Source: Hormiphora californensis (taxonomy: Eukaryota; Animalia; Ctenophora). From it: a stretch of 64,000 nt of DNA. The notes beneath the pieces were generated by a model, which was not told the origin of the DNA, ran no database searches, and saw nothing but the letters and a program-made list of their open reading frames with translations. The position numbers and the translations under genes are program-made. The stretch is from positions 2,046,001 to 2,110,000 of the forward strand of contig CM035351.1 in the NCBI GenBank assembly GCA_020137815.1, read 5' to 3'. Shown one piece after another: positions 63,001-64,000 of the stretch. Numbering within the stretch: position 1 is the stretch's first letter; the number at the start of each line of letters is the position of its first letter.

Positions 63001-63945
63001 ACGATTGCCCAAAACACCAAATTTCCAATACTGCAGAAATCCCTACCTCATGTGCTTCCAATATCATGTACTCGTCTATGAAGTTGTAGTCATTCCTTGT
63101 ATCATTGTTAGATAGCAGCATGAACCATGACACTGTCGATTCCTTCACATTGATGTCCGACCACCAGTTCTAGAAAAGTGTATGCAAGTAATGGCCAGCT
63201 GTATTATCCGACCATTGATATTGTTGGACATAAGACCGTGGGTTAGCTTACTTAGACCAGATAGATTAAAGGGTTATGGTAGTTAAAAAAAGGTCTATAT
63301 TTAAGAGTAGGTCTAAATTCAGGGTTTATACTCACAGCAGTTACAAGGTCTCCAAACCAAAGGTGTGCTACCTCGTGTGCTAGGATTGCCCGGGAAACAA
63401 GTCTCTCATAGGCAGTGTGTTTTGCAGGGTCGTAGTTTACTATCCACTTTTTACCTGCAATGGAGAAGATTTTCAATCAATCATGACCATACGAAGGTGG
63501 CATCAATGGAGGGGGAGGGGAGAGGGCGTTAGATTATAGCATTTGAGAATAATCATGGGAGTTCAAGTGTAATCATACCTGTTATTAGACCCCAATTTTC
63601 CATGGCGTTTACAAAGATATCATCAAGTGGCATGAGATATAGTTTTTCCAGGGGATAATCGATTCTGGAGAGGGGGTATAGTTGCTGTTAGTTGGACAAA
63701 CTGGAAGGTAACCTCACTGAGGTTGAATTTTAGAAAAAGGAAGATGAGGTTGAATTTTAGAAAAGGGAGCATGGGTTTGGCGGTTAATGGGGGGGGGGGG
63801 GATAGAGTACTACTGACCCTGTGTAATTTTCGAACCAATCCACCAGCTCCGTCATGAGATCTAGTTGAACTTTACTTGCCCCCAGTTCAGAAGGACTTCC
63901 ATACACACGAGTTCGAACTCCCCTCCTCGTCTTACTCTCGATATA
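54044..63945 (-). CDS. M1 family zinc aminopeptidase (aminopeptidase N-like), multi-exon, 5' end outside the window
   Basis: WFENYTG|IDYPLEKL..NAMENWGLIT; HEVAHLWFGDLVTA|NWWSDINVKE (HExxH-18-E); LFDSITYERG; TQERF..WHIPFTY; ERAP1-C-like exons (DRAQLLSD, YLKKERDYAPW). Stop at 54044. Confidence 0.92.
55680..55997. repeat. ~45-55-bp minisatellite (GATGCTCTCACACACACTGAATGCTCTACACACAGAGGAGGGCTTGATT)
   Basis: About six imperfect copies in an intron. Confidence 0.85.
57346..57443. repeat. 32-bp tandem repeat TGCAAGTTTATTAAAACATGCAAATTAAACCC
   Basis: Three copies. Confidence 0.9.
58153..61437. mobile_element. 3.3-kb foldback-type non-autonomous DNA transposon with TTAA TSD and ~1-kb TIRs around a TGGCGCCA satellite
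   Basis: TTAA|GGGTACGCTAACCAAAA ... TTTTGGTTAGCGTACCC|TTAA; 58153-59165 mirrors 60412-61437. Purine termini plus TTAA fit Kolobok better than piggyBac. Confidence 0.9.
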
Positions 63946-64000
63946 CCTGGGAGAAAGGGAAACACACGTGCAAAACATGTGACGCAAAACACGAAAACAC

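Overview
Eukaryotic, intron-rich animal DNA with many (CT)n/(GA)n microsatellites and MITEs. A ctenophore such as Pleurobrachia is my guess from the repeat content and is unverified. Spliced genes reconstructed by hand: ELP5 (+), a type-I membrane mucin-like protein (+), a 4-exon orphan gene (+), a PRDM-family PR/SET + 7 zinc-finger gene (-), a secreted 4x ShK-domain protein (-), an ARHGAP1/8-like BCH+RhoGAP gene (+) and the 3' part of an M1 aminopeptidase (-). Mobile DNA includes a three-level nest (LINE-like ORF1 split by a hAT element, which is split by another LINE, both TSDs visible), a 3.3 kb TTAA-flanked foldback element and about ten MITEs. The most unusual locus is a ~5 kb block in a RhoGAP intron (about 42550-47460). 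It consists of short coding fragments from five unrelated transposon groups (pogo-like, Penelope, MULE, hATm-like, LINE), all antisense to the host gene and punctuated six times by the same ~28-nt sequence. This repeat/spacer-like layout suggests an anti-transposon small-RNA locus, which is an inference and needs small-RNA data. Scattered single-base frameshifts in otherwise intact genes suggest assembly indels. Exon boundaries were read by eye.
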